Positions 62,223 through 64,000 of a stretch of DNA of 64,000 bases are shown in pieces; positions within the stretch are counted from its first letter, which is position 1; every line of letters starts with the position of its first letter. The stretch comes from Marsupella aquatica (lineage: Eukaryota; Plantae; Marchantiophyta), in contig OZ316892.1 in assembly GCA_973895155.1 (NCBI GenBank), positions 7,671,251 to 7,735,250 of the forward strand, read 5' to 3'. The notes under the pieces were generated by a model. It had not been told where the DNA came from, did no database searches, and saw nothing but the letters and a program-made list of their open reading frames with translations. Made by a program: the position numbers and the translations under genes.

Positions 62223-64000
62223 TCAAGGTCTTTTGATCTTGGAAAAGGTACCTGTTTCAGAGAAGTAGGTGCTTTGAGTGCCACTTCCAAGAAGGGCAGC
62301 TTGGGCTTGTGGGTTGGTAAGTTCGATACCCTGCAGACCAAAAACCCAAAGGTGCCATCAATTAAAACATGACCTAGAACATTACATGTCAGAAACTCAT
62401 AATAAGTGTCATCAAATGGAATTTATTTAGTTTAAACACGTACCTGGACAGGTGTGAAAGCAAGACTGGAAGTCAGCCCTGAAGTTGCCCCGCTGCTGCC
62501 GTACTGCTTTTCTTTAAATCTGACACACAGAAGATTGAAACCCCCATAATTTACTTCACATGATGATAATCTCATTGAAAGATGTTCAAGAGACACGTCC
62601 CTAACTACAGATAGATGAGCATAGATGATGATAATCTCAATGAAAGATGTTCAAGGCAAAGATTTCGTCTGTGGAAAGGTAGACAGGAGAAAAGACAAGG
62701 CCCTTCAAGGTGGGTTCAAATTCTTACTTCTTTGCCACTTTGGCCGCAAGTTTACTCTGTCCAATTGAGACTCGCAATTTCCCACTTCCAGCTTGCCCAA
62801 GCATCCCGTAGCCTTCACCTAGACCATCACCTGGAAACCGAAGAACAATATTTCCTGTTACCTCCTCAAGTAATTCGGATGCAACGACCCACATGCAAAC
62901 CACCATTCTACATGGTGAAGCAACTGGAAAAATGGATAAGTTTTGCAGTACTTTACGGTAACTGAGAGGAATTATGCAATACCACGCGGCACATTCTTGG
63001 ATTACAATGTTCGATAAATTTGTAGGTTCCTGCCTCTTTTGCTGTATTGGAGTTTGCTCCCTCCCGCTCGTAAAGTGTTCCATTCAAGACAGAAAAAAAA
63101 GTCCAATTTTATTTTTTCTCTGCAGTAGGCATGAAAGAATACTGATACGATAATAGGTGATCTCGGTTCATTATGAGGAAATCAGATGCCAAGTGTTAAA
63201 ATATATGACGTATGTATGTATTAAGTTACATGCACAAGATACCTCGGGACCGTCAAAATTCCTTGGTTTCTTGGGAGACATGTGGGAACTCAATACCCAG
63301 TAAAAAACTTGAGAGCTTAGAATTACAAACAAAATCACCCATACTAAAATGGCGGAAAACAAAAACAAATTAACCATACCTAGTGAGCTTTCTTCAGGTA
63401 CACCAAACCTCATTCTGTTTGCAAGCTTGCGCATATCAGTCAGGGCGTATCTGCACAGAGGAACAGCACCACAATAAGTAACATCCTGGCGTTTGTAGCT
63501 AGTATAAGCTCAAGTGCGAAGTAGAAAAAACACCACTTTGGAATTTAGATTATAAAACGAAAGAAAACAGTACGCGGACTACCTCTCCTTCATCTTCCTC
63601 AGCCTACGGCCTCCGCGTTTCTTCTTGGGATCTGAGTCAGGAACAGGCAACGGCTTTGGTAGCTTTGGGGGAGGGGGCTCTTGCCACTTCTCTATCTTCT
63701 TTCGTATCTCCTCTCTCAAGTCTCTCCCTGTCTTTCCTGTGGGATCTCCTCTGGTTGAGTCAACTCGGGCACCAAGAGTAGACTTTCCAGCAACTAGACG
63801 ACAGGCTCTTGTTCGTAACGCTGGAGGTGTACTCTGAACAATCTCCGTATGAAAGACAAACCCAGTATGCGGTTGTGCTGTGGCTGTAGAGAAACCAGCC
63901 AGATTTTTCCTCTTTGCTCCTAAGATTTGTACATTGCAAGCTGGCATCTTAGCCAAGGAGGAGAGACCTCCCGCCACACCCATGAGCTTTGCTGCTACTT
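62223..64000 (-). CDS. PRP31: U4/U6 snRNP protein PRP31 (PRPF31), 3' portion; gene continues beyond the window
   Basis: Exons >64000-63583, 63450-63380, 62830-62728, 62519-62444 and 62330-62223, all GT-AG. Nop-domain GVAGGLSSLAKMPACNVQILG, then KKKRGGRRLRKMKERYALTDMRKLANRMRFG, GEGYGMLG, SGLTSSLAFTPVQGIELTNP and STYFSETGTFSKIKRP*. Confidence 0.96.

Noticed and set aside
62559-62656. Duplicated ATGATGATAATCTCAxTGAAAGATGTTCAAG in a PRP31 intron as box C/D snoRNAs
   Set aside because: The C-box-like ATGATGA is antisense to the PRP31 transcript and no matching terminal CTGA box was found; a simple local duplication.

Overview
Eukaryotic land-plant nuclear DNA with GT-AG spliceosomal introns. Protein style and repeat content suggest a bryophyte, possibly a liverwort; this is inference only. 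Five host genes are supported: two intronless tandem calmodulin-like (CML) paralogues (6145-6906 and 16595-17371, both minus), an 11-exon chloroplast dynamin-like GTPase FZL (33279-39485, minus), a 2-exon OXS3-family gene (57661-59205, plus) and the 3' part of splicing factor PRP31 (62223-64000, minus). Intergenic DNA is a nested patchwork of mobile elements. These are a decayed CRE-clade non-LTR retrotransposon (RT plus restriction-like endonuclease) with a second older fragment, a near-identical 3'UTR-only copy and several short CRE-tail-like inserts; a tRNA-derived SINE with a 19-bp TSD plus a truncated copy; an L1 fragment; four related ~350-bp solo LTRs; two Helitron-type 3' ends carrying a 35-bp minisatellite; and MITEs. 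No prokaryotic system, CRISPR array, rRNA or intact tRNA gene was seen. The best candidates for something undescribed are the CRE element with its short dependants, the SINE sharing a 3' motif with the L1, and the conserved basic amphipathic N-terminal helix on the CML pair. All coordinates were read by eye and no database searches were run.
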